From Wolbachia endosymbiont of Litomosoides sigmodontis (GTDB taxonomy: Bacteria; Pseudomonadota; Alphaproteobacteria; Rickettsiales; Anaplasmataceae): a stretch of DNA of 32,000 nt. Both the position numbers and the translations under genes were made by a program. The notes under the pieces are model-generated. The model was not told the origin of the DNA, ran no database searches, and saw only the letters and a program-made list of their open reading frames with translations. The stretch is taken from contig NZ_CP046577.1 of the NCBI RefSeq assembly GCF_013365435.1, positions 840,001 to 872,000 on the forward strand, given 5' to 3'. Shown one piece after another: positions 1-9,149 of this stretch (positions within the stretch are counted from its first letter, which is position 1; every line of letters begins with the position of its first letter).

Positions 1-2
1 AT

Positions 3-338
3 TTTGAGCTTAGCAAGTTATATAAAAAGTATTGCATATTAAAACCTGAAATATCAATCTCTATACCTGAGGAAATTGAAATATATAACAAAAGTAAACA
101 CACAAAAGTAATCAAGAGTGAAGTAAACCTAAATTTAAGTTCAATCAGCGATAAGCACATTTTTTTATTTTTACAATCTTTTCCAAGCCTGCCTGGTTAT
201 GTTATGATCAAATCTCTTGTTTTGAATAAAGAGAGAAATATTGATGCTGCAACTATGAATCAGATTTTAAATGGCAATATGATAGAAATAGTAAAAGCTA
301 ACATGATCTTCGACTGGTATACTATACTAAGTAGATGA
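3..338 (+). CDS. hypothetical protein, C-terminal fragment (5' end lies outside window)
   Basis: Frame 3 is open from the window edge to TGA at 336-338 (111 codons, ending ...PSLPGYVMIKSLVLNKERNIDAATMNQILNGNMIEIVKANMIFDWYTILSR*). It is probably missing from the ORF track because it has no in-window start. Its stop is 4 nt before the next ATG, which looks operon-like. No family recognised. Confidence 0.45.
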   Translation, partial: FELSKLYKKYCILKPEISISIPEEIEIYNKSKHTKVIKSEVNLNLSSISDKHIFLFLQSFPSLPGYVMIKSLVLNKERNIDAATMNQILNGNMIEIVKANMIFDWYTILSR

Positions 339-342
339 AATA

Positions 343-1158
343 ATGAAAATAAAGCTATTTTTTACTTTTACCTTACTTTTCTTCAATGCTAGCACATACT
401 GTAATTGTAAAGATATTATAGAAAATATAGAAACTTGCAAAGAATATACTTGTCAACAATACATTGATAATGAAGACTTTATCGAGCATAAAATATTAGG
501 CTTAAACAGCAAAGATTTATGTATATATATAGAAAAACAGGATAATGATGAGATGGTTTGTCATCATTCTAAGTATGGAATGATGATAGAGAAAAAATAT
601 TTTGAAAGCTTTTTCAAAGTTAGCAATCAAGAAATCAATGATTTTATCGATATAGCAAAACAGCGTGCAAAGGAATGTTTTTTTATAAGCAATCAAAAGG
701 CAAGCTACACAAATCGTGACGATATAATAAAGGAAGCAGTAGAGAGTGAATTTGATACCTTATTACGATATAATGATATAAAAAGCATTTTTTTTGATAA
801 GGAATCAGTCAATAAAATAGTTAGTGAAATGGAAAAATTTTACCTACGATCCTCAAGAGCTGTAAAAGAGGAGATATTAAGTAATTTTAACAGTAAGGTA
901 GTAAACTTAGACTCAATTTTATATTTCTCCCCTGACACATGGAAAATATGGGTAAATAGAAAACTGTTTACAAATACTAAAGATTTAAAAGTCCACTCAG
1001 TAACCGAAAATTATGTAACTTTTGTATGGATTATAAACCAAAAAATGACAAAAAAACAACCTAATAATTCTAAAAATATATACCTTGGACATGGGAATGT
1101 TATGTTTACACTTTATCCGAAACAAAAATTTGACTTAGATAACTTATCTATTAAATAA
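343..1158 (+). CDS. hypothetical exported protein (signal-peptide-like N-terminus, Cys-rich N-terminal part)
   Basis: 271-aa ORF with a hydrophobic leader MKIKLFFTFTLLFFNASTYC. All 7 Cys fall in the first 112 residues and none in the remaining 159. No domain recognised by eye. Confidence 0.6.
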   Translation: MKIKLFFTFTLLFFNASTYCNCKDIIENIETCKEYTCQQYIDNEDFIEHKILGLNSKDLCIYIEKQDNDEMVCHHSKYGMMIEKKYFESFFKVSNQEINDFIDIAKQRAKECFFISNQKASYTNRDDIIKEAVESEFDTLLRYNDIKSIFFDKESVNKIVSEMEKFYLRSSRAVKEEILSNFNSKVVNLDSILYFSPDTWKIWVNRKLFTNTKDLKVHSVTENYVTFVWIINQKMTKKQPNNSKNIYLGHGNVMFTLYPKQKFDLDNLSIK

Positions 1159-1170
1159 TTTAATAGCTTT

Positions 1171-1244
1171 GCGCTTGTAGCTCAGCTGGATAGAGCGTTG
1201 CCCTCCGGAGGTAAAGGTCGTGGGTTCGAATCCCCTCAAGCGCA
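1171..1244 (+). tRNA. tRNA-Arg (anticodon CCG)
   Basis: Cloverleaf folded by hand. Acceptor GCGCTTG/CAAGCGC; D arm GCTC-AGCTGGATA-GAGC; anticodon arm TTGCC-CTCCGGA-GGTAA (U33, CCG, G37); T arm with TTCGAAT loop and one T-C mismatch in the stem. No encoded CCA. Confidence 0.88.
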
Positions 1245-1953
1245 CTATAACTTAATCAAGAAAAAAATCTATCTTCATAAAACGCGCTTAAGACTTTCAT
1301 GAAGAATGAAGTAATACATCATATTTTGGAGCTACACCTTAACTAACTTACTACCTGAAAGATCTTTTTCTTGATCTATAACTACTTCAGCATGCCCCTC
1401 TTCGCTTCTCTTTCTCTATTCGTTTTTTCAACAAAGATTATTCATTAGCTAAATCCTTTGTCATAAATTCTGTTCATACTTAGATTAAGTACAGTAAAAT
1501 ATGTAAGCTTAGCTAATTCTTTTGCACCTTTAATCATCAGTTCTTGCATATTTAAAACTAAGTTTCACAATGTGTTTGTTGCTTTTAAAAACTTACTGGC
1601 TTGCTTATATTGATCGTAGTATCTAATACTTTTAAGTATTAGCTCCCACATACTAGTTAAAGTTTACTTACCTCCCCACGATATATTTACATTAATATCT
1701 TAACTAGCACTTCAGTAGTAACTGCCAACCACTTTATGTAACGTTCAAAAGCATATAAGGGTTACACGCAAAAGATAAGACTTAGTTTCACATACCCTTT
1801 TCTCTAAGCAGCTTTTCCCATAGCAGCGGCATCTCGTTCTTCCTAAAATCTACCACTTAAGATGACCTGATTGGATCTTATCTGAAACATCTTCTTTTAC
1901 TTTTTGCACAAAATGATTCAAACGTAAGATGTGTAATGCATTTTTTATTAAAT

Positions 1954-1982
1954 TTGACAATATCATTTTCACAAGATAATAT
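1954..1982 (+). promoter_or_regulatory. putative sigma70-type promoter upstream of ssb
   Basis: TTGACA (1954-1959), 17-nt spacer, TAATAT (1977-1982), about 25 nt upstream of the ssb ATG. Motif match only, and in an AT-rich background. Confidence 0.4.
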
Positions 1983-2006
1983 AAAGAGTTTATTCAAAGC
2001 ACAATT

Positions 2007-2489
2007 ATGTCTAACGGTACTGTAAATAAAGTCATATTAGTTGGTAATTTAGGGAGGGATCCTGAAATTAGAACTATGCAAAATGGAAAAGAAATGGCAA
2101 ATTTTTCAATAGCTACATCTGAAGGTTGGACTGACAAACTCTCTGGTATGCGCTCTGAAAAAACAGAATGGCACAATATCGTAATTTTTAGTGAAGGATT
2201 AGTAAAAGTCGTAAAAGATTTTGCACGCAAAGGCAGTAAAGTTTATATTGAAGGCTCTTTGAAAACTAGAAAATGGACTGACCAAAATGGTAGTGAAAGA
2301 TATATAACAGAAGTAGTACTACAGAATTTTAATGGTACTCTTACACTTTTAGACTCACGAAATAATGCACCAAGCTTTGACTACAAATCAAATGAATACA
2401 AGCAAGACGAAACAGAGCAAAAAAATCAGTATGAAAATTTTGACAATGAGGAAAAAGAAGAGTTAATCGACGATGAAATACCATTTTAA
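2007..2489 (+). CDS. ssb: single-stranded DNA-binding protein
   Basis: 160 aa. OB-fold N-terminus NKVILVGNLGRDPEIR...WHNIVIF, and an acidic tail ending DDEIPF, typical of the bacterial SSB C-terminal tip. Confidence 0.95.
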   Translation: MSNGTVNKVILVGNLGRDPEIRTMQNGKEMANFSIATSEGWTDKLSGMRSEKTEWHNIVIFSEGLVKVVKDFARKGSKVYIEGSLKTRKWTDQNGSERYITEVVLQNFNGTLTLLDSRNNAPSFDYKSNEYKQDETEQKNQYENFDNEEKEELIDDEIPF

Positions 2490-2498
2490 TAACTGCAA

Positions 2499-3401
2499 TT
2501 GAAACCATTGTCTACATTTTTATGGACTGCTTGCGTCACTCCCTTTAATTACAACGGAGATAGTATAGACTATTGCAGTTTACAGCACTTGCTAGAAATG
2601 CAAGCTAAAGCTAAAAATGGTGTAGTTCTGCTAGGTAGTACAGGTGAAGGTCTATCACTCATTGATTCTGAAAAACGCACATTAGTTGAATTTGCATGTA
2701 AGCTAAAATTAAACATGAAAATTATAATTGGTGTACCTGGAATAAATTTACATCAAACTCTTGAATGGCTTAACTTTTGTAAAGATATACCCATTTATGG
2801 CTACCTAATGACAACTCCTATTTACACAAAGCCTGGTATTATGGGGCAAACTTTATGGTTTGAAAAGCTGCTTGAAAAAGCTCACGTGCCAGTTATGTTT
2901 TATAACATTCCATCAAGAGCAGGAGTAAGCCTTCATACTGAAACTGTATATAACTTATCTAGCCACGAAAAATTTTGGGCTATTAAAGATTCAAGCAGAA
3001 CCGTTGATACTTTAATTAAGTATAAGAAAGTAGCACCAAATATCAAGGTTTTTTGTGGAGATGATGACATGGTACACGACATGGCTACCCATGGTACAGC
3101 TGGCCTAGTTTCCGTTGCTTCTAATGTCTGGCCACACGTAGCGCATGAATATGTTAAGCAATGCCTTAATGGCAAGAGTATTCACACAGAAATCTGGCAA
3201 CAAGCTTGTAAAGCTTTATTTATTGCTAGTAACCCAATCCCTACCAAAGCACTGCTACATGATATTGGACTTATAAAACATAGAACTGTCCGCTTACCAC
3301 TTAGTGCACAAGACTTACCTTCTATTGATGAGATAAAAAAAGCAACTGAAATAATTCTAAATTTAGAAAAAGCTAACCATTTTTATTGTCCCACAGCTTG
3401 A
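2499..3401 (+). CDS. dapA: 4-hydroxy-tetrahydrodipicolinate synthase
   Basis: 300 aa with a TTG start. DapA motifs present: VTPF, GSTGEG, YNIPSRAG, and AIKDSS (Schiff-base Lys region). The last 8 codons plus stop (3375-3401) lie inside the terminal inverted repeat of IS copy A. Confidence 0.9.
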   Translation: MKPLSTFLWTACVTPFNYNGDSIDYCSLQHLLEMQAKAKNGVVLLGSTGEGLSLIDSEKRTLVEFACKLKLNMKIIIGVPGINLHQTLEWLNFCKDIPIYGYLMTTPIYTKPGIMGQTLWFEKLLEKAHVPVMFYNIPSRAGVSLHTETVYNLSSHEKFWAIKDSSRTVDTLIKYKKVAPNIKVFCGDDDMVHDMATHGTAGLVSVASNVWPHVAHEYVKQCLNGKSIHTEIWQQACKALFIASNPIPTKALLHDIGLIKHRTVRLPLSAQDLPSIDEIKKATEIILNLEKANHFYCPTA

Positions 3402-4338
3402 CCATAAGATCCAGTCTAGATTACAGCGTCACAAGAGAGAAGTAATAAATTTGCACAAAACGCTATCAAGCAAAGCAATAATATTATAAGCTTTATTATG
3501 TAAAATGTTCTATTTTATATAGAATCAAAATTTCTCAATATGATTGAGCTCTGGTAAGCATGGTACGAGGTATATAATCTCAATATTTTTAGATGCCTTT
3601 AAATTTTTTCTTTATGCTGATATCATAATCTATGATAAGAAAAGTGTCTCGTATTCTTAAATATTACAACACTTGTTGAGGAAATACATTCATAGAATCA
3701 GTGTTGACATTTGGTATAAATACACTAGAACTCTCTATTTCCAGGATTAATTGCACTGTAGAGATAAAAATTTTTATCTACTTAATTTTACTTTAACCTA
3801 TGTTTCAATACCCTTTTTAAATCACTCACATCCAACTTTTGAACGTGCACCAAATCACGATTCATCAAAGATAAATAATTCTTATTCAGGATACTTACTA
3901 ATAATCTCATTAAATTTTTTTTGAAACTCTGCCCTATCTACTTTTATCTTGTTCATTATGAATTGCTTTTGGCATAATACACGAAAATTATTTTTTGCAT
4001 ATTACGGTGTACTGTAGACTTGCTGACATTTAAGCCAAATTTTTCTTATATCCTTATTTTCAACAATAATATCAAGATTTCTTTGTATCCATACTTACAA
4101 CTTATTCAAATTAATTCTGATTTTGCTACTGCTATTATACTGTGCTTTTTTTGCTTCAATTACAGCATTTAATTTTCTTTGCAAACAGAACGTTATTTTG
4201 CACTTCTTTTGTTGATTCTACGACTTTTTCACCAATAATTTTGATTTCAATACCATTAAACCTTGCTATTTTACTTACTTCAGTATTGGTCCTTTCGCAT
4301 CACTTGTCTATATGTTCCTTTTATAGTGGGAATTAGTA
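3374..4338 (-). mobile_element. degenerate IS630-family element, copy A (transposase pseudogene)
   Basis: Reverse-complement match to copy B over its whole length, with 6 differences in a hand-aligned 110 bp (3971-4080 vs 7755-7864). Termini are TA-ACCATTTTTATTGT... and ...GGGAATTAG-TA. Only short broken ORFs remain. It shares an internal deletion of about 100 bp with copy B. Confidence 0.8.
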
Positions 4339-4515
4339 CAACATGAAAACAAAAAGAGCTAAACCATTTTACAACCTCTTATTCATCATCTCTCACATCA
4401 CCTAACTAAATAGATATGAATGCATTAGTAAATAAGCGGATTTATCAAGGTAAAGGAAAGTAACAAATACTGCTTTTGTTAACTACTTGTCAAAGAACAC
4501 TTATCTTTATAGTAC

Positions 4516-6246
4516 TTAATGATGAAGCAGCTCTAATTTACTCAAAATCTCATCTTTTGGTCCCATAGAGTAAATAATACCGTCTGACATGAGTATTACT
4601 TTATCAACCACGGACAATAACGTTAGTTTGTGAGTTACGATAATGGTAGTTGTATTTTGCTTCCTTGCAACATTAATTGCATTAATTAAGCATGCCTCTC
4701 CACTACTATCTAAGTTAGCATTTGGCTCATCAAGCACCAAAAGTTTTGTATTCCCATAAAAAGCTCTTGCAAGACCTAGTAGCTGTTTCTGCCCACCAGA
4801 AAGTGTTACTCCAAAACTCCCTATTGTTGTATCATACCCATTTGGTAGACTTAGTATTAGTTCATGTATTCCTGTGACTTTTGCTGCTTTGATTATTTCT
4901 TCAGGATTTGGATCTGGTCTCATGCGAGCAATATTAGCTTTAACACTAGTATTAAATAACTCAATATCTTGAGGTAAGTAGCCAACATAATTACCGAAAT
5001 TTTCTCGATTCCAAGTGTATACATCAGCACCGTCCAGCCTTACTACACCAGATATAGGTTTCCACACACCAACAGTTAGCTTTGCTATAGTCGACTTACC
5101 AGAAGCACTTGCACCAATAACACCAACTACATCGCCTGGTTCTATTACAAATGATATACCCTTTATTGTTGGTTTGTTGCTTCCATAAGGCGTAAAAAAT
5201 ACTCTATCAAATTCCAATTTTCCTGCAGGTTCTGGCAGAGCCATGGTTTGCTCTCTCTTTGGTGACATTAATATAAGTCTTTGTAGCCTTCCATATGACA
5301 TCCTTGCCTGATTTAAGAACTTCCAAGTATGAATTGCTGCATCAAATGGAGCTAATACTCTACCCATTAAAATTGAAGCAGCAATAATACTACCAGCAGT
5401 CTTATGAGCTATAATCGCAAGTAATGCACCTGTTCCAATTACCGATATTTGCAGAGTTGAGCGTAAAAATTTAGTGATACCAGTAATCACATTAGAACGA
5501 TTCTGTGCTTTGATTTGCATCGCTCGGTTTAGGTCATTTCGTTTACACCAATCAGAGACTATGGATTCTGACATACCCATAGCTTCAACTACTTCTGCAT
5601 TTCTTGTTGCAACGTCTATAGCATTGATGTTACGTATAGTTTCTTCGTTGGTTTCTTGTAATATACGTTTAGTAGCAAGCTCATTCCATACTGCCATAGA
5701 GACTAATATAATAATTCCAGTAATAGCTATGAATCCTGTGAAAGGATGTATCATAAAGATTACAATAAGGTAAATTAAAGACCATGGAGTGTCAAATAGC
5801 GAAAATATTCCATTTCCTGTAATAAAATTTTTTATCACTCCAAGATCTCGTATTGCTTCACCACTAGAAGTTGAGCTCTGCACTGATGTTAGCCTGATTG
5901 ACCTTACTATTAGATCTGGTGTTACAGTTTTATCAATCCAATCACCAACTTTTGCCATAGTTAAATATCTGCAAGTTTCAAGCATTGCAGAACACGCAAA
6001 TGCGGATAAAGTGATAATTGTCAGCATAGTTAGCGTTGATACACTTTCGCTTAATATCACTCGGTCAAGTACTTGAGAGGTATAAAGTGGCAGAAATAAC
6101 ATTAACAAATTTATTCCTGAACTAAACCAAAAAATAAACCAAAATGTACTTTTGCATTTTTCTAAGCAGACATACAGTGCGCTTTGCTTCAATTCTTTTT
6201 TTATTGATGGAGTAATTTCCACAATTTCTCTCTCAATTTTACTCAT
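4516..6246 (-). CDS. type I secretion system permease/ATPase (PrtD/AprD-type ABC exporter)
   Basis: 576 aa. N-terminal multi-TM domain followed by an ABC ATPase with Walker A GASASGKST, signature LSGGQKQ and Walker B LLVLDEP. No N-terminal C39 peptidase domain. Confidence 0.88.
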   Translation of the reverse strand: MSKIEREIVEITPSIKKELKQSALYVCLEKCKSTFWFIFWFSSGINLLMLFLPLYTSQVLDRVILSESVSTLTMLTIITLSAFACSAMLETCRYLTMAKVGDWIDKTVTPDLIVRSIRLTSVQSSTSSGEAIRDLGVIKNFITGNGIFSLFDTPWSLIYLIVIFMIHPFTGFIAITGIIILVSMAVWNELATKRILQETNEETIRNINAIDVATRNAEVVEAMGMSESIVSDWCKRNDLNRAMQIKAQNRSNVITGITKFLRSTLQISVIGTGALLAIIAHKTAGSIIAASILMGRVLAPFDAAIHTWKFLNQARMSYGRLQRLILMSPKREQTMALPEPAGKLEFDRVFFTPYGSNKPTIKGISFVIEPGDVVGVIGASASGKSTIAKLTVGVWKPISGVVRLDGADVYTWNRENFGNYVGYLPQDIELFNTSVKANIARMRPDPNPEEIIKAAKVTGIHELILSLPNGYDTTIGSFGVTLSGGQKQLLGLARAFYGNTKLLVLDEPNANLDSSGEACLINAINVARKQNTTTIIVTHKLTLLSVVDKVILMSDGIIYSMGPKDEILSKLELLHH

Positions 6247-6408
6247 ACACCGTATACAATTTTTATTATAAAAATATTAATAACGGTAGTTAGCTTACTT
6301 TAAGTTAATATAATAAAATATTAACATATGCAAATAAAAAATATAAACAATAATAAAAAGAAATAAAATTAATATTTTCTTTGTTACCTAACACAAAGTT
6401 GAAAATTT

Positions 6409-7416
6409 TTAACAACTTCCCAATTCCCATCTTGGTCTCGGTGCAAAATTGAGGGAATTCATGTAATTCTTCTGTAACATTTCAATTCCCGCCCACCCAA
6501 CCATTACTGCATTATCTGTACATAAGTTACTTGGCGGGAAAAATATATTTAAGTTTATGTGTTCTTTCAACTTTCTTCTCAGAAAATTATTTGCTGCAAC
6601 CCCACCAGTAATCACAAAGTTATTGATCTTAATATTTAAAGATTCAGCCATAATAACTGCATTTTTAACTCTATCTAATAATATTTCACTAATACACTCT
6701 TGAAATGAAGCACATATATCACACACGTCTTGTTCACTCATTTTAAGTTCCCGCACTAGATTTTTTACTACAGTCTTGATTCCAGAAAATGAAAAATTGC
6801 ATCCAGGACGTTTTTTCATCGCCCTTGGGAACTTAAATCTTGTACCATTGCCTCTTTTAGCTAGCTTCTCAATTAACGGACCTCCTGGATAGCTTAACCC
6901 CAACATTCTAGCAACCTTATCAAAGGCTTCACCTAATGAGTCATCAAGCGTTTCTCCAAGTTTAATATATTTACCTATATTCTGCGCAATTAAAAATTGG
7001 CAGTGACCACCTGATATTAACAGGACTAAAAATGGAAATTTGACCTCATATAGCAACCTAATAACCAATGCATGCGCCTCTAGATGATTAACGGCAATGA
7101 ATGGTTTTTGTGTCACGTGTGCAATTGCTTTGGTCATCATTGTGCCAACTATTAATCCACCTATAAGCCCTGGTCCTGATGTTGCTGCAGTCGCATCCAG
7201 ATCACAAAATTTGAGGTTAGATTTTTCCATAGCATTTCTTATCAGATTACCTAGATGCTCCATATGAACACGTGACGCTATCTCAGGAATCACACCACCG
7301 TGTTTTTTGTGCTCTGTTTGAGAAAGAATTTCGTGAGCAAGGACTTGCTTATTACTATTTACAACTGCTACTGCAGTTTCATCACAGCTTGTTTCAACGG
7401 CCAAAATAGTTTTCAT
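6409..7416 (-). CDS. tsaD: tRNA N6-adenosine threonylcarbamoyltransferase
   Basis: 335 aa. ILAVETSCDETAVAV N-terminus, HMEHL/NHLEAH His motifs and a GGVAAN region, typical of TsaD/Gcp/Kae1. Confidence 0.95.
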   Translation of the reverse strand: MKTILAVETSCDETAVAVVNSNKQVLAHEILSQTEHKKHGGVIPEIASRVHMEHLGNLIRNAMEKSNLKFCDLDATAATSGPGLIGGLIVGTMMTKAIAHVTQKPFIAVNHLEAHALVIRLLYEVKFPFLVLLISGGHCQFLIAQNIGKYIKLGETLDDSLGEAFDKVARMLGLSYPGGPLIEKLAKRGNGTRFKFPRAMKKRPGCNFSFSGIKTVVKNLVRELKMSEQDVCDICASFQECISEILLDRVKNAVIMAESLNIKINNFVITGGVAANNFLRRKLKEHINLNIFFPPSNLCTDNAVMVGWAGIEMLQKNYMNSLNFAPRPRWELGSC

Positions 7417-7484
7417 TTATATCTAGTTATGTACTACTGAAACTATACTTTAAAACACCATGAAAGTTAACTGTGTTCTACCCA

Positions 7485-8468
7485 TACTAATTTCTACTGT
7501 GCAAGGAACGGATAGACAATAACGGAAAGGAAGGCTTTGCGTAAGTAAAACAACAAGGTTTAAATGGTGTTTAAAACCAAGATTATTAGACAAAAAAAAG
7601 TCATGAAATCAGCAAAAAAAATGTTGAAAAAAAGTCTAAAATAATACATATGTTGCGAAAAATTAAATGCTGTAATTGCAGCAAAAAAGCACTGTATAAC
7701 AACAGTAGCAAAATCAGAATTAATTTGAATAAGTTGTAAGTACGGATATAAAAAAAATCTTAATATTATCGTTGAAAATAAGAATCTAAGAAAAATTTAG
7801 CTTAAATGTTAGCAAGTCTACAGTACACCGTAATATGCAAAAAATAATTTTCGTGTATTATGCCAAAAGCAATTCATAATGAACAAGATAAAGGTAGATA
7901 ATAGGAAAGAATTTTAAAAAACTTAATGAGATTATTGGTAAATATCCTGAATAAGAATTATTCATTTTTGATGGATCGTGATTTAGTACAACATTCAAAA
8001 GTTGGACATGAGTGATTTTAAAAGGGCGTTAGAATATAGATTAAAGTAAAATTAGGTAGATAAAAATTTTTATCTCTACAGTGCAATTAATCCTGGAAAT
8101 ATAGAGAGTTCTAGTGTATTTATACTAAATATCAACACTGATTCTATGAATATATTTCCTCAATAAGGGTTGTAATATTTAAGAATACGAGGCGCTTTTT
8201 TATCATAGATTATGATATTAGCATAAGTTAAAAGTTTAAAAGTACCGAAAAATACCAAGATTATATACTTAATACCATATTTACCGAAGCTTAATCTTAT
8301 TGAGAGACTTTAGTTATATACAAAACTAACACTTTGCGTAATAAAGCCTATAATACAATCGCTTTGCTTGAGAGTACTTTGTGCAAATTTATTACCACTC
8401 TTTCTCATTCCGCAATTAAACAACTCTACCATGTCACTTATTTAACTCACCAACAATAAAAATTAGTA
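7485..8468 (+). mobile_element. degenerate IS630-family element, copy B (transposase pseudogene)
   Basis: TA-CTAATTTCTACTGT ... ACAATAAAAATTAG-TA inverted termini with TA flanks. The broken frame retains IS630 hallmarks: IIDYDISIS (8202-8228, second catalytic D region) and YLPKLNLIERL* (8278-8313, cf. YSPELNPIE motif). Multiple stops and frameshifts. Confidence 0.8.
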
Positions 8469-8593
8469 TAAGTAGAATCATGATCTTAAAATGAAATACA
8501 GGAAACGAATAGAAATAAAGAGTTTATAAATTAAATAAATAATTAATATCACTCTTACAGATAATAGGACGCTGTTTCTCAAAAAACCAGCAA

Positions 8594-8621
8594 TTGCAAT
8601 TGTGAGCTCTTTAAGTATAAT
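8594..8621 (+). promoter_or_regulatory. putative sigma70-type promoter upstream of nuoE
   Basis: TTGCAA (8594-8599), 16-nt spacer, TATAAT (8616-8621), 27 nt upstream of the nuoE ATG. Motif match only. Confidence 0.4.
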
Positions 8622-8648
8622 CTGTTGAAATTTACATGAGCTTTACAA

Positions 8649-9149
8649 ATGAAAAAAAAAGAAGAGCAGTTTAGTTTTACGTCAGGAAACCTTAAGAAAG
8701 CAAAAAAAATTATAAAGGTATACCCAAAAGGTAAGGAAGGCAGTGCAGTTATGCCTTTATTATATCTCGTTCAAGAGCAATGTGGATGGGTACCTGAATC
8801 AGCTATGCGCTACGTTGCTGACATGCTGCATATTCCACATATTCGTGCATATGAAGTAGCAAATTTTTATACCATATATAATTTAAAACAGGTGGGTAAA
8901 TATCTAATACAAGTTTGCAGGACAACTCCTTGCTGGTTATGCAGTAGTGAAGAAATTTTAAATACCCTTAAAAAGAAACTTAAAATTAACGTAGGTGAGA
9001 CTACTAAGGATAATCTGTTTACTCTAAAAGAAGTTGAATGCCTTGGTGCGTGTATCAATGCTCCTGTTGTGCAGGTTAACAACGATTTTTATGAAAACCT
9101 TACTCCTAAAAAAGTAGAAAATATTATAGCAGAACTTTCCAATAAATAG
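8649..9149 (+). CDS. nuoE: NADH-quinone oxidoreductase subunit E
   Basis: 166 aa. Thioredoxin-like 2Fe-2S Cys ligand pattern CRTTPC ... CLGAC, and YPKGKEGSAVMPLL typical of NuoE. Confidence 0.93.
   Translation: MKKKEEQFSFTSGNLKKAKKIIKVYPKGKEGSAVMPLLYLVQEQCGWVPESAMRYVADMLHIPHIRAYEVANFYTIYNLKQVGKYLIQVCRTTPCWLCSSEEILNTLKKKLKINVGETTKDNLFTLKEVECLGACINAPVVQVNNDFYENLTPKKVENIIAELSNK

Noticed and set aside
3762-3779. 18-bp perfect palindrome AGATAAAAATTTTTATCT inside IS copies A and B, imperfect in C, D2, E and F2
   Set aside because: It lies within the former transposase coding region and degrades along with the rest of the element in the other copies. This is best explained by common descent, not by an independent functional site.
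4142-4336. Short ORFs inside the IS remnants (4142-4336, 12852-13085, 13296-13598, 20162-20353, 20602-20805, 29700-29882, 29855-30055, 31132-31344, 31167-31358), some with similar peptide sequences (e.g. KPCYF..FSKSSFPLLSF).
   Set aside because: The peptide similarity only reflects nucleotide identity of the repeats. Most are antisense to the decayed transposase frame, and the sense ones are small fragments between stops.
5474-6076. Two plus-strand ORFs (99 and 95 aa) inside the T1SS ABC gene. Similar antisense ORFs occur at 1994-2230, 2933-3175, 8867-9082, 11105-11461, 11123-11371, 14400-14582, 14931-15323, 16715-16912, 17302-17505, 18091-18300, 21907-22113, 24048-24248, 25615-25992, 26535-26825, 27384-27590 and 29060-29281.
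   Set aside because: All overlap strongly supported genes on the opposite strand or in another frame, and none has recognisable motifs. They are treated as shadow ORFs.
8652-8660. A9 homopolymer immediately after the nuoE start codon, as a possible slippage or phase-variation site
   Set aside because: The frame is intact and simply encodes KKK. Poly-A runs are common throughout this AT-rich sequence, and nothing in the window indicates variation.
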